DNA from: Selaginella moellendorffii
Taxonomy: Eukaryota; Plantae; Lycopodiophyta
Length of the DNA: 64,000 nucleotides
NCBI RefSeq assembly: GCF_000143415.4
Contig: NW_003314283.1
Span: forward strand, 1,416,330-1,480,329
Direction of reading: 5' to 3'
Below the pieces are notes generated by a model. That model did no database searches. It was not told the origin of the DNA and was given only the letters and a program-made list of their open reading frames with translations. The position numbers and the translations under genes were made by a program. Position 1 is the first letter of the stretch. Every line of letters begins with the position of its first letter. Positions 10,214 through 22,330 of this stretch are shown here, one piece after another.

Positions 10214-12804
10214 TTAAAGTGCGTACTCACCAGGTTCGCAGAGAAGATACTGTTTTTCTTTGGCAACTGTAATTATATGCTTCATTGAAGTCACCTCTTC
10301 AATGGAATTTGTCACCGCAACACACGGGACACCCTTGAGTAGTGTGGCTCGAAAGAATAGTCCGCCGCAGTTGTACTCGACAACGCATTTGCCCTTGGAG
10401 TCGGAAGCAGGTGACCCACCCGCTATTGCATTGAAGACCCAGCTGAGCATTTCCCATGCTGCACCTGGAGCTTTCTCTGGATTCGAAAGCTCCATAGCCG
10501 TCTTCAGTTCCTCAGGCACGGGTAAATTGACCTCCCTCAGATCAATTCGATCGGCCTTGTCGAACGAAGCTGGGAAGTCACTCCAGTCCCACTCTGCTGC
10601 AGGACCAATAACAAGGGCGAGTGTGAAGATGCAGACATTCGTCGGTATCTTCTTCTTAGCCATTATCCCATGGATCTCCCGCATCTCCTTGCCTTTCAAC
10701 GGAGCCTTCACCTCGTTCAAGGCCTTCCAGAACTTGTGATAGGATTCGGAGTCGTAGATCATATAGTGGACTGAAGATTCCACCTCCGCAAGTCCCACCA
10801 TTAAGTCAATGATGGAGCTGACTTCGTCTGCATGAGTGATCTCCTCGTTTGTGAAGTCCATCACACAAAAGATGTTCTTGACCTGCTCATCTCCGCGGGA
10901 AACGATGCTCCTCCACCTTTGATCCTCATCCGAATTCATGTATACCCGGTAAGGTTCTCGATAGGCCTCTGCTGCAGGGTTGAGCTGTTTCTGAAGCCGG
11001 CGGTCGACATCCCTCTTAATGAAATTTGGATACTGAACTTCTCAGCTTTACTTTTCGTGGCATCCCGCAGCAGATCGATGAACTTGGGGGCCCCCTTAAC
11101 GTACTTGTCGATATCTTCATTTGACAACTCCAGCTCTTCCATCATCTCTTGCGTGGTGTCGATGCTCACCCTCTCCACGGCCACTTGCTCGAAGATCCAA
11201 TCCTTCAATAGCGCACGAGCTCTCAGAGTCGTGCACAAGTCCTCATATGTCACAATATGGCCGGGAGTCATTTTGGTCTTGTTGAAGACTACCTCACCAC
11301 GTAGAAGAGCATTAGTCACTGTCAGAAGGTCGTCGTTGTCTAGAGACCGCGAGAAACGCAAGGTGTCGAGCTTCAAATCATTGGGCTTCCGGCCATCCTC
11401 CACACCCATTGAGTTTAGCAACTCCCCGTCATGGTACCTCCTCAGGACATCTACCCATTTGTCAAAAACAACTTTTGTCGCGAGTAGAATGTTATGGATG
11501 CTGAGTGTGTCATTGACCCCCAGTGTTTTCGAGAGAAGACTCGAGAATTCCTGCAATGGAAATGGCGTGAGGCCACATGCTATGCCACATGCAACGAGGC
11601 TTACCTGCCAGGCGCTAGTTGCTAGTGCACGTCCTTGTCCTGGTTTTTGTGGCTTCTTCAGTTGAACCCAGAGCTTCCGTGTTCGTGCCAATGTCTCGTG
11701 CAGACTCGATTTGTAACACGTTTCTTGCTTAACATTCTGCGCGTGGGAGATGTATATGATAGATCGGAGGGGTGAGTTGCCTTTTATCAGGCGGACAACT
11801 CTTGTCTTGAAGACTTTCTTCACCTCCTCGCCCACCATAATATCCACAACTATCTCTTGCATCGCCAAGCTAGAATGCTGCCCGGAGACGGCATAGAACC
11901 GGATGTTCTAATCGTCCAACACCTTCCTATTGATCAAGTCTGGAAACCTCGTCTCACCCTTCATTGTTCGGTAGTAGGGGATCACGTCTGCGATGTCGGG
12001 TGTTACTGGACTTGCCAGCATCTTCTGCTTCAGTTTCTCCACCCACTCATCAGATAGTAGCCTGTGGTTGTATTTGCTTTGGATGTCAATGTGGCTCACG
12101 TCAATTGTATATACTTTGTTGGAATAGTAACAAGTACTATTATTTGCGACGATTTTTGCTGCCTCTTCTTGCTCTTTCTGCTCTTTGCGGCTCTTCTTTT
12201 TGGTGGGTGTAGTGTTCGAACCCGAGGCAATGGCATCACCGAGTAGCTTCTTTTTTGGAGCAGGAGAGTCGGACGTCGGCTTGAGCTTGACCACCCTTTT
12301 CTGCTTCGGGGTAGTTTCCAGATCGACCCCCTTCCCCTTCGCTTCGCGAACTGGAGTCACTCTCAACGGCTCAATGTTGGAATATAGTTTTTGAACATCG
12401 CCGTAGGTGAGGTCCGTGGATTCCATGTGATCTTCATAGACCCGCAGCGTCTTTGAAATTGTGGGCCTCCTGGACAACCTCTCCCTAGCTCCCTCTAGGA
12501 ATTCCTCATAGCCGCTACCCCCCTCCGGGAAGCCGCTAGGATGTGCAAGGTGGATCTTGAAGGCGGACGCTGTCTCTACCACAAGTGCCAGTCCATATTC
12601 TTGCATGGAACTGCATGGAGTGTCTGTCACTTGGATGAGGATCCCCATGCATTCTTTTCTCCCACCATCTGTGTTGTACAGCCTCAGATCCTCGCCTTCC
12701 ATCCCGAAAGTCCAACTGATGAGCTCCTCCCCCTTCTCTGCATCCACATTGACAGTGGCTGGAAGAAGAACGCAATTCCTCGCCTGTTCAGAAATGCACA
12801 ACAA
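10214..12804 (-). pseudogene. Large cargo gene with ParB/Srx-like domain and a degenerate C-terminal N4/N6-DNA-methyltransferase-like region
   Basis: ORFs 11908-12804 and 10936-11868 are in one frame separated by a single TAG; read-through gives IDVSHIDIQSKYNHRLLSDEWVEKLK...FYAVSGQHSSLAMQEI. In-frame 54-nt intron at 11551-11604. A frameshift near 11030 joins ORF 10214-10939 (PEKAPGAAWEML...KCVVEYNCGGLFFRATLLKGVPCVAV). Domain calls are motif-level only. Confidence 0.55.
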
Positions 12805-15089
12805 TTAGAGTTGACAGATGAAAAGCTAGCAGCTGGAAATAACGTGAGGCTACACGCCATTCACCACTGCATCAGATGTCTTGAGGCTGCATCCTAAGAT
12901 GACGTGAGGCTACACGCCATCTGTAACCGGACTGCACTCGAGAGCCCAATTGGTGCATGCCAATGTTGCTACTGAATGGCATGTAGCCTCATGCCATTTT
13001 CTACTTGGCCTAAAAGACTTACCATTTGAAGCCGAATGGAGGCGTGACAATCGAGGCCGAACTCGCTGGCAAATGTGCACTGTGTGTGCAGCAGATCGTA
13101 GCAGCAAGGCTACTCTGCCACTTACAGTTGGAGAGTGGCGCTGAAATCTCCCGGGACGCCAAGTGGGTTGCGTGTGGGTGGTGGAGTGGGCGGCGGAGTT
13201 GGCGGCGAAGTTATAAATTGGGTGTGTCTTGAAGTGGACGCCGATGCACACGAGCGCGATGCGAGCGCGAGTGTGATGCAAGCGCGAGTGGACGCCGATG
13301 CACACGAGAAACCTGTAGAGAAGGTAGATGAGCGCGAATGTGAGCGTGATCGCGAGTGGGAGCGCGATGCGAGCGCGAGTACGAAGCAAAATGCAAAACC
13401 TAACCTCACACGCGCGAAATGTCACGACGGTTGGTAATCCCGCAACGTCATCATTCCTCGGACTTGGGCGCCACCATTAATTTTTGGATCGCCGCGCGCA
13501 TGCATGCACGTGAAATCCAAAAGAAATCCGCAACGTCATCATTCCTCGGACTGCATACACGCGAAATCCAAAAGAAAGATGATGATTGGGATATCATTTA
13601 ATACCCTCGCTATATTTATACCATGCATGATTGGATATTCCAAAGCATCTTGTATTTCCAAAAATGCCAGATGTTCAGCTAAATAAAGAATGGTATACAA
13701 TGTCCTTCTTGATGACCCTGCAAAGAAGCATCTCGATCGGACACCACATGAGACCACACGAGCCTTATAATGTTTCAAGGGCATTTGCCATAGATCCGAC
13801 CGTTATTTTGCTCCAAGATTCTACAGTTTGGTGTGCATTGACCTTTCCATCGACACTGCAAAGGGACATCACAATCAGATGCGGGATCACAAGAAACCAA
13901 CTTCACTAACTCTGGTTTCACCAAGATCTACGTAAGGAGTTATGAAATGAAAGGACCCTCTCTATTGAAATGTGTTTATGGTCCTAGGGGCATTGTGACA
14001 TATCAAAGGATTTTGCATCAAGTTCTGTATTTGCATGTTTATCAAGCTACTAAATTGCTAAACCCTATACCCTCCCTAAATATGTGGCAAATGCTGCGTG
14101 AAGAAAGATGCCCTTTCTGGGCAAATGCTGTAAGAGGCAGATGCCGAGCAGATGTATCTCAGGCTAGCGAAGGGGACAAACGAAAGCTAACTATAAACAT
14201 GACGGGATGCAAATAGATTACTAGGCTAGTCTTGCGAAAATCAAAAACCATAATTGAAAACATTGAAAATGCAATAAAAAAGGTTTATAATATTTTTGAA
14301 TTTTAAACAACCAAAGGAATGTAAGTAGGGCATGTGTTTGTAAGTTTAAAAATGCCTCAACCACTTAAATTCCCAAGTAAATAAAGTTGTTTCTATTTTT
14401 GGTACAGGTAAACTTTATAGCGTGTGGGCTCATGCAATTTTGAACCCAAAAATGCACCAAAAAATGCTCGACTAGCATTATTCTTTGAATGGCGTGTGGC
14501 CTTATATTGCCATAAATGGACGTACACACAGCATAATTATTCCTTTACACGGCGAATAATCTTGGCACGGATCGCTGACATGACATAGCAAAGTTCGAAT
14601 CACTGACATGGCACAGCTAGATCGAGGCAAGGACATGATGTGACAAAGTTCAACGTCCGACAGCAAAGTCTAGAAGCTACTCAGTTTGAAATTTGTCAGA
14701 GGAATTATAAGATCTAGTTTGTCAGAGGATTTGATGTGACGTTCAAGCGTGTGTTATTTTTGAATTCTCGAACTCATTCCTAGGTCTATCATTTTTGTGC
14801 GCCGTGTTCTTGGTTCCGCTGAGCGCAGTGAGCGCTGCTTGTGTAAGCGGCGTTGTGAGCTGTGGTTTATGCGTCTACGAGCGGTTGCGGCATTGCGAGC
14901 GCCATTGCGAGCGGCAGTTTATGCGAGTGGCAGTTTGTGCGAGCGGCGCTATGAGCAGTTGCGGTGGTGCGAGCGGCGCTACGGTACCACTAATGGTATG
15001 AGGGCTCATGCCATCTTGGGGATTGCAAGTTCATCACTAGCATATTGCCAATAGTTTCTTTACCTGCCTGTAGCTGTGTGTTTATCAAG

Positions 15090-15281
15090 ATGGCATGAGG
15101 CCTTATGCCATCTTTGGCCCCTGCTAGCCTATTGCCATATTCCTTTTGCCTTGCTGCAACTGTATATATTTTTGTATGGGTGACTAGTCACGCACACAAA
15201 AATATATACAATTGCAGCAAGGCAAAAGGAATATAGCAACAGGCTAGCAGGGGCCAAAGATAGCGTGAGGCCTCATGCCAT
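15090..15281. repeat. ~190-bp near-perfect inverted repeat (hairpin)
   Basis: Arms ATGGCATGAGGCC..CTTTGGCCCCTGCTAGCCT..TTCCTTTTGCCTTGCTGCAA..TATATATTTTTGT are mirrored around GTGACTAGTCAC (15180-15191). Confidence 0.92.
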
Positions 15282-15469
15282 TAATGGTACCACTAATGGC
15301 ATGAGGGCTCATGCCAATTTTGTGAATGCGAAATTTCACATGGGTGTCAATAGCATGTTTGAATAATGGCATGTGGCCTCATGCTATTGAGGTTGTTTGG
15401 TATGTTATGATTTAGGCCATTCTCTAATCATTTTTTGTATGGTCTTAACTTCTTTTCTGCACTTTCAGA

Positions 15470-16461
15470 ATGGCCTCCGCAAGTGCGACGCATGTTCCCT
15501 CCGTGGATCTTAAGAACCGTGCTACATGGATTCAGGCAAAGGTGTTTCTAAACAACCCCGAGGGGGAGGTGGTAGCTGAGGGCTTAGCCACAGTTGTCGA
15601 TCCAAGAGATGCGGTTGCTAATCAAGAATTGGGCTGGGATGATATTGGAGTTGCGATTTTAGAGGTTGTTGACACAGAAGAAAACAGTTTGACTATTGGA
15701 AGCATTGTGCGGTGGAAATTGAGGCACTTAGTGTTTGAGAATGTGAAGGATTCACAATCAAACACCACTACAACTGATGACAGAACATCTCTTCATGGGA
15801 AAAGAAAGTACACCTTCCTAAAGCGCAGCCAAAGGGATCTGAGCAACGAACCGAAAAGGCAGAAAATGGCGATGGAGGTTCGAATGGTCTCGACAGTTGC
15901 TTGTTGCAAAAGGAGGTGCTGTCAACATGCTGATTGGGATGCTATTGAATCAAAACTGAGTTTGAGGAACAAAGGGTTCAACAGGCAGCCCATGGGAACG
16001 ACGGTACTCACAAAACCAGGGGTCATGTTGTATATGGAGAGGCAATCTTCAAGAGGTTTGTCGAGACATGTAGCGAGCAGCAACCACATAAAACCCGCCT
16101 CTTGGAAGATGGAACTCGAGACACCCAACGAGTTCTCCCTTCCATGTATACCAAGGGGGCCATATTGGAAGATGTGAATCGGGAACTCCAGAGTAATGGC
16201 TACAGGAAGCTGAGCCAATCTAGATTTAGTAGATTGTGGAGCAACAGGTTCAGGGATGTGAGTATAGGAAAGTACTCCAGCTTTTCAAAGTGTGACGAGT
16301 GCACTGCTATCAAAATGGCTTTGTCGAAGAATTCTTGCATCGCTCAAGAGCGAGAGACGTTGGTTAGAAGGTGGCTCGACCACAACATCGAGCAGAGAAG
16401 CTGCAGGACTGCATATTATCATAACTCTTCTTTAGCTTCAGATTCGGCTTGTTCACCTTGA
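15470..16461 (+). pseudogene. Truncated, frameshifted transposase N-terminus (Sola-like Cys motifs; N-terminal Tnp1/En/Spm-like domain)
   Basis: VVAEG...DP...LG...IGVAI...IGSIVRW, then CCKRRCC, then FSRLWSNRFRDVSIGKYSSFSKCDEC. Ends ~165 bp before the right TIR with no catalytic acidic triad. ATG is preceded by acceptor TTTCAG. Confidence 0.65.
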
Positions 16462-19400
16462 CAATGAGATTTATTATACAACCAGATGGACTCAGTCTGG
16501 ACACAAAGTCACCGCGCTAGTCACCATGCCCCAGATATGTCTAGCCCCTGGACAAAAAACATATAATTTCACGTCATTTTCAAATACTTGAAAATTTGTA
16601 CCTAGTCCCATTTTACTGAATAAATCCCACTTTAACGAAATAGAGCTTATGGGTACTTTCCCCGCCTTCCGCCTTTGGGTGCTCTAGCCATGGGCTTAGA
16701 GCGAGGTTCCATTGAGCCACACCAGGTATCCAAGTAGGTAGTGCCACCCACACTTGGACTGGGAGCATTGGTCAGTCGATCTCCACGGGGGAACTAGAGC
16801 CGACTCTTGACACTTCACCAAGCTACCCCGCTTGTTGTCCGAATCCCCCTTAGTTTGGGACTCCCCGGGGGCCAGTCCCCCCCCCCCCCCTGGGTAGGCC
16901 CTCCCGGGGCCAAAAGGCCCTTTCCGGGCCAAATGGGCTCCAGGGGGTTCCAACCCCCCCCATTTCCCCTAAAAAATTTTGGGAACCCCCGGGAGCCCCC
17001 CCCCCCCCCCCCCCCTTGGGGGACGATCGCTTTGGGCTTTCACCCAACTGCCTGTATTAGTATTCGGACTCGGACTCGGGCTCGAACTCGGACTCGGACT
17101 CGGTCTCGGTCCCAGTTTCGGACTCGAACTCGATCTCGGTCTCGGTCTTGGCCTCAGTCTCGGTTTCGGTCTCGGTTCCATCTCAGACTCCATCTCGGAC
17201 TCCATCTCGGGTCCATCTCGGGTCCATCTCGGACTCCATCTCGGACTCCATCTCGAGTCCATCTCGGGTCCATCTCGGACTCCATTTCGAGTCCATCTAG
17301 GGTCCATCTCAGACTCCATCTCGGGTCCATCTCGGACTCCATCTCGGGTCCATATTGGACTCCATCTCGGACTCCATCTCGGACTCCATCTCGGGTCCAT
17401 CTCGAGTCCCATCTCGGACACTTCCACGTGTCATGTGTTTGGTCCTTTTGGGTCCCTTTTTGGAGCCTTGCTTATTGCTCACTTCGTGCTCGTTCCTCGA
17501 GCACTTTGTTAGGAGTTCCACTCCCACTCTCGACCTTTTCAAGTCGGAGCTTTTTAGTCCAAACGTGTTACGTTCGTTTGGTTTTCGCTTCGGCCTCCAC
17601 CACATGGCACCCTTCTGGCTCCACTTTGGGGCCTAGGGATTTTGTGTCTCACAACTCCACCACCCATAGACGAAGTTCGATGTCCTCATTGAACGGTAAA
17701 CCCTCTTATAAAGTAACATCCGCATGTATTACCAGTTCCATCCTTGGCACTCAGCCAATATTTGTCTATGGTTTGACACCAAAGGCTCACCATGCCTTGT
17801 CCATCCTCTAAGGAGCAGAGTCTCTCCAACATAGAGACTCATTCGGCCACCTGAGGTGGTTTGCTCCCTTTTATTGGTTCAGTTCTCGCTAAACCCTTTA
17901 GAGACATCGTCTCTAACTCAATTCCACTACTCATTCTCGAGTAGTCTCAGATTCTATCGACATAACCTTTGCACTTTGGAACGTTTACTTTTGACTTCTT
18001 GAAGTCAATTTCCTAGGTGTCTCCGACAGCTTCCATTGCACATATTGTGCAAGTCCACTTCCCTATCCTAGGAAGTTCTCTACTTGAGGGCACCATCATC
18101 CTCTTTTCTATTTTGTGCCACCCTTGGCACTACGTTCCAATTATCATCATTTGTGCCAGAGCTGTCCACAGCCCTATCTTTTGGCTACTTTGCCGCTCCT
18201 CACTTGGAGCTTTTACTTTGCCAAATTGGAGCACTTGGGAATCTAACCTTGGAAGTCCACTTACTTTCCCACAATCCATTAGTATTAAACACATTAGTGT
18301 TCTTTGGCTAACTTTGCCATTTGGATTCCTCCCATTAAATTCTATGGCCCAAACTTGGCCACTAGTCTTTTGCTCCTATCCATTAATTGTTGCATCAAGC
18401 AACAAAGGATCACTACCTCCTTCCTTGAGGTATTCTTTTGGTTTCATGGCAAAGCTCCACTTTGCCAAGTCCAGAGGGTGCTCACCCCTAGTAGGTCTCT
18501 TTAGCAACTTCTGCTATGGGCCCCTTCCACGGCCCAACATTGTGACCCTCTCATAGGTCCTTTCTAGAGACTACTATCTTGAACTCACAATACCATTGTA
18601 TCATCGTAGATCTAGGTGTCCTTCCCACTTGGTCACCTTGACCAAGCCACACCATTATCAATAGTTCAAACCAACGCTTTGAACTAGGAACCTTGTTCCT
18701 TAACCTCAAAAGGACCTCATCCTTGTTTAGCCATACGATCACCTAGTGATCTAATCTTGACACCTTAACAGGTTTGCCAATAGGTACTAGGTCTCCCAGA
18801 CCTTTAACTTGTTGACTATGACCTCGGGGGCATCCCCCACACTTGGCGGTGTGCCCAAGCTAGCCCTTCCGGCCAAGGGTCCATAGCAACTGAGACTGGG
18901 TGTCCCCATCTCATTCACCACGTCCTTGGTGCCTGGCGGTGTGCCCAAGCCAGTCTCCTCACTGAGAGTCCATGACCACCGAAATATGAGTGTCCTCATA
19001 TTCCAAACCATCACCACGCCCTAGTGATTTGGGACTCGAACCCAAGCACTAGAGGGTCGGGACTCGAACCCAACCTCCGTATATGCATCTACGGATGGCA
19101 TCACACCGGATGCCTGGCATGACTCCCCACGCCGGTGCACCAACTTATATTTAAAGCGCGTTACAGATCACAGCTTAGGAACCTAATTCCTCTACACTGC
19201 CAAGTCCTCTCACTTGACATGTTTTGTGATCATGCATAGACTCTTCCATGCTCGGCCCCCTGGGCCACCCCTTTGAAGTTGGCTCCTTCAACTAGGGTAT
19301 TCGTTCCCCCCGACTTGCCAATCTCACTTAGCAAGTCATTTGGCCATCGTAACATGGTTCATGCATAAGTGTGAAAGTCCTTAACCATCGACTTTCGTTT

Positions 19401-21245
19401 AAAGCCCTCTCTTTGAACACTCGGGAACTACTTCCCCAATCTTGATAGCCTTGCCTCATGGCCAGCTTCAAGACCACACTTCTGCTATGCCACTCTAATT
19501 TTGCGCATCCTATGAACCATTTACACTTGGCTAGTTAGGTACTTATCTACCTAGGGGAATGTTCAAGGAACTCTATTCCTTGGCTTGCTAAAGTCTCTCC
19601 TTTCGCAAGCTTTCCAATTACCATATAATCTAACATGGACAATTCCATGTTTTAGACTCTCCATGGCATCCCGGTCGCTAGTAACAACATGTTTGAGCAC
19701 CCACTTGATTTTCCACTCCCAACTTGCATAACCACCCTTGGTCATGCTTATCAATTCCTATGGTTTGGTTTTATCTCTATACTACTTGCCTTTTGGCCTC
19801 ATACATTTCCTTTGGTTATTCTCCTCCAGACTAGGAGGATAGCTTTGCACATTTTACCATGCCTTAGCAAGTATTCTTAGGGATGAACCTACCTGATAGC
19901 CTAGGGAGTGGTTCTTCAATCTTGGGCATGCTCACCTTATAATCCCACACATCGGGATTAATATTGTTGCTTATGGGCCTTTATATGCCCATCACTAGCC
20001 TTGCCAAAATTCCATTTTTGACTTTATCCAATTCGGGTAAACAATCTTTTCCTGTCTCCACAACCTTGGACATTTGGATAGCACCTACTATCCATCATTC
20101 ACTAGGGACTTAGTCCCTTGGGCCTTATCTATTGCTCTTGCGACACGAAACACCACCTCTTGGTGTTCTAGAATGTTTGGGTGTCCCAATTATGGCTTCC
20201 TGACAATGAGCATTCTCGTTTACAACATTGACTTACTATATCGCAACATAAGCAATTTATCCCCTGTAAAGGTATATCTAACTTCCTTATGCTATTAAGA
20301 AGTTTTGGGTAGCTACTTTTTACCCATTTAACCAATTATCTTGCACGTCTTGCTTAGTTGCCCCATAGTTGTCAAGTTCTACAACTCATTGCTTGGTGCT
20401 TCCACACCTCCATCATTGTTTTCGTCACCACACTCTACCACATGCCTTCCAGCTTTAGGCTATGCCATTCCCATTTCCGTTGGGATTCCCTTTGGCAAGG
20501 GGTTCTTATAAACCCATTAACATAACCTCAAGGTATCACACTTTGGCACATTTGGTGTCTCCACACCATTGGCCCCACAAGCCTATCCTTATGACACTAC
20601 TTATTAATGTCTAGGTCTTTGCCAAGACCAATATAGTTGTTCCCCATGCTAACTATCCGTTAGCACCCCACCATAGTGTTTGCACCCAACTCTAGGCCAA
20701 AGTTGCTTTCTTCTGGGAACATTTTTCCCACAACTTTAGTATGACACATTCTGCCATCAATGAGATACCTACTATTCTCATACTTGGATCTTATGATCCT
20801 CCCCATACCTCATGGGGCACCATACACCTCAGTCCAAATGCTCCAACCAATCCCTTAGGACCATTCCCTGACTCCGCTTGAGTCATCCAGCATTTTGGAC
20901 TTTGCTAATCCAACAACCTGCAAGGTCTCAGTCTTAGAGGTGCCAACTCACTGGAATACAACTTCTTGTATTCATGTCCTACTCACAAGGACAATCTTTG
21001 CAAGTGTTACTCTGACACTTGAGTATTTTCTTGGGGCTAACCTTTGCCCCTTAGGACTACTTGTCCATGTAATGAGAATAGCAACTCATCTTTAAGTACA
21101 CCCCCAACTCCTTGGGTTGTTCCAACATTTATTAGAGGTAGCCTCGGCTACCATTTCAAGGACTGGTGTCCTCTTCTGTATTTGACCTCTCACGGTCAAC
21201 AATTATAGTCTCAAATTTATGAGTACTAACCTCAACTATATAAGG

Positions 21246-22330
21246 GTAATCTTGTGACTCCTTTATTGTTTTGGAGTCCGCATCTTTCCCGTGATCCCAA
21301 CTGTAATTGTTTACCACAACTACATCAGCCCGTTTGCTACGTCAAACGCTCATCTGGATCACATCCTCAACTCTCTGAGGAAACCCTCATACTATTCCCA
21401 AGATCCCAAAGTCATTCCCTTATTGGCCCTTTTCCATCCACCACATCATGCACAAGTTCACACATGAACTCAAGTGGAGAGCCATGTCCTCTCGACATGC
21501 TACTCCTCGAGGATAGGTCCATAGCTAGGACTTTCCAATTCCAATGTAAGTGGTGATATACTTGCCCACCAATAAAAGTCGGACTAAAGAACGGCTCTGA
21601 TACCAAATTGTAAGCGACTAATTTTTTCCATTCTACTTTAGTCACTTAACCACACCTCCGACTACTTGGAGGAGTCTCATTCACAACCTCCATAAGTCCC
21701 TCTCAGGACTTGGGGCTTGCTAGCCCCGAGAATGGCATCCATGCCACTCAACTTTTGCACTTGGTCCAAGTGCTCCACGTGTCCGGTCCGGTAATCTCGT
21801 GACTCCTTTATTGTTTTGGAGTCTGCATCTTTCCCATGATCCCAACTATAGTTGTTTACCACAACTACATTAACTCGTTTGCTGCGTCAAACGCTCATCT
21901 GGATCACATCCTCAGCTCTCTGAGGAAACCCTTATACTGTTCCCAAGATCCCAAAGTCGTTCCCTTATTGGCCCTTTTTCATCCACCATATCGTGCATAA
22001 GTTCATGCATGAACTTGAGTGGAGAGCCATATCCTTTCGACATGCTACTCCTCAGGGGTAGGTCCATATCTAGGACCTTCTGATTCCCATACAAGCGGTG
22101 ATATATTTGGCCACCAATAAGAGTCGGACTAAGGAACAGCTCTGATACCAAGTTGTAAGCGACTAAATTTTCCATTCTACTTTAGTCACTTAACCACACC
22201 TCCAACCACTTAGAGGAGTCTCACTCACAACCTCCATAAGTCCTATTTTAGACTTGGGCTTGCTAGCCCTGAGAATGGCATCCCCGCCACTCAACCTTTG
22301 CACTTGATCCAAGTGCTCCACGTGTCCGAT
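21246..22330 (-). repeat. Tandem duplication (~545-bp unit) of LTR end + PBS + leader
   Basis: GTAATCTYGTGACTCCTTTATTGTTTTGGAGTC at ~21247 and ~21791. A second GCTCTGATACCA plus TGTAAGCGACTAA at ~21594-21620. Confidence 0.85.

Larger units (their letters stand above)
6287..16648. mobile_element. 10.4-kb TIR DNA transposon (Sola-like), non-autonomous, with cargo genes
   Basis: TIRs AAGCTTTATTTCGTTAAAGTGGGA (6287-6310) and its inverse at 16625-16648, 23/24 match. 4-bp TSD ATGG at 6283-6286 and 16649-16652. Empty site CTCATGGGTAC is seen in the sister LTR (~22812-22822). Boundaries are firm; the superfamily call is tentative. Confidence 0.9.

Noticed and set aside
16840-17020. Strong local divergence between the nested element's LTRs
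   Set aside because: Dominated by long C/G homopolymers; looks like low-quality sequence rather than biology.
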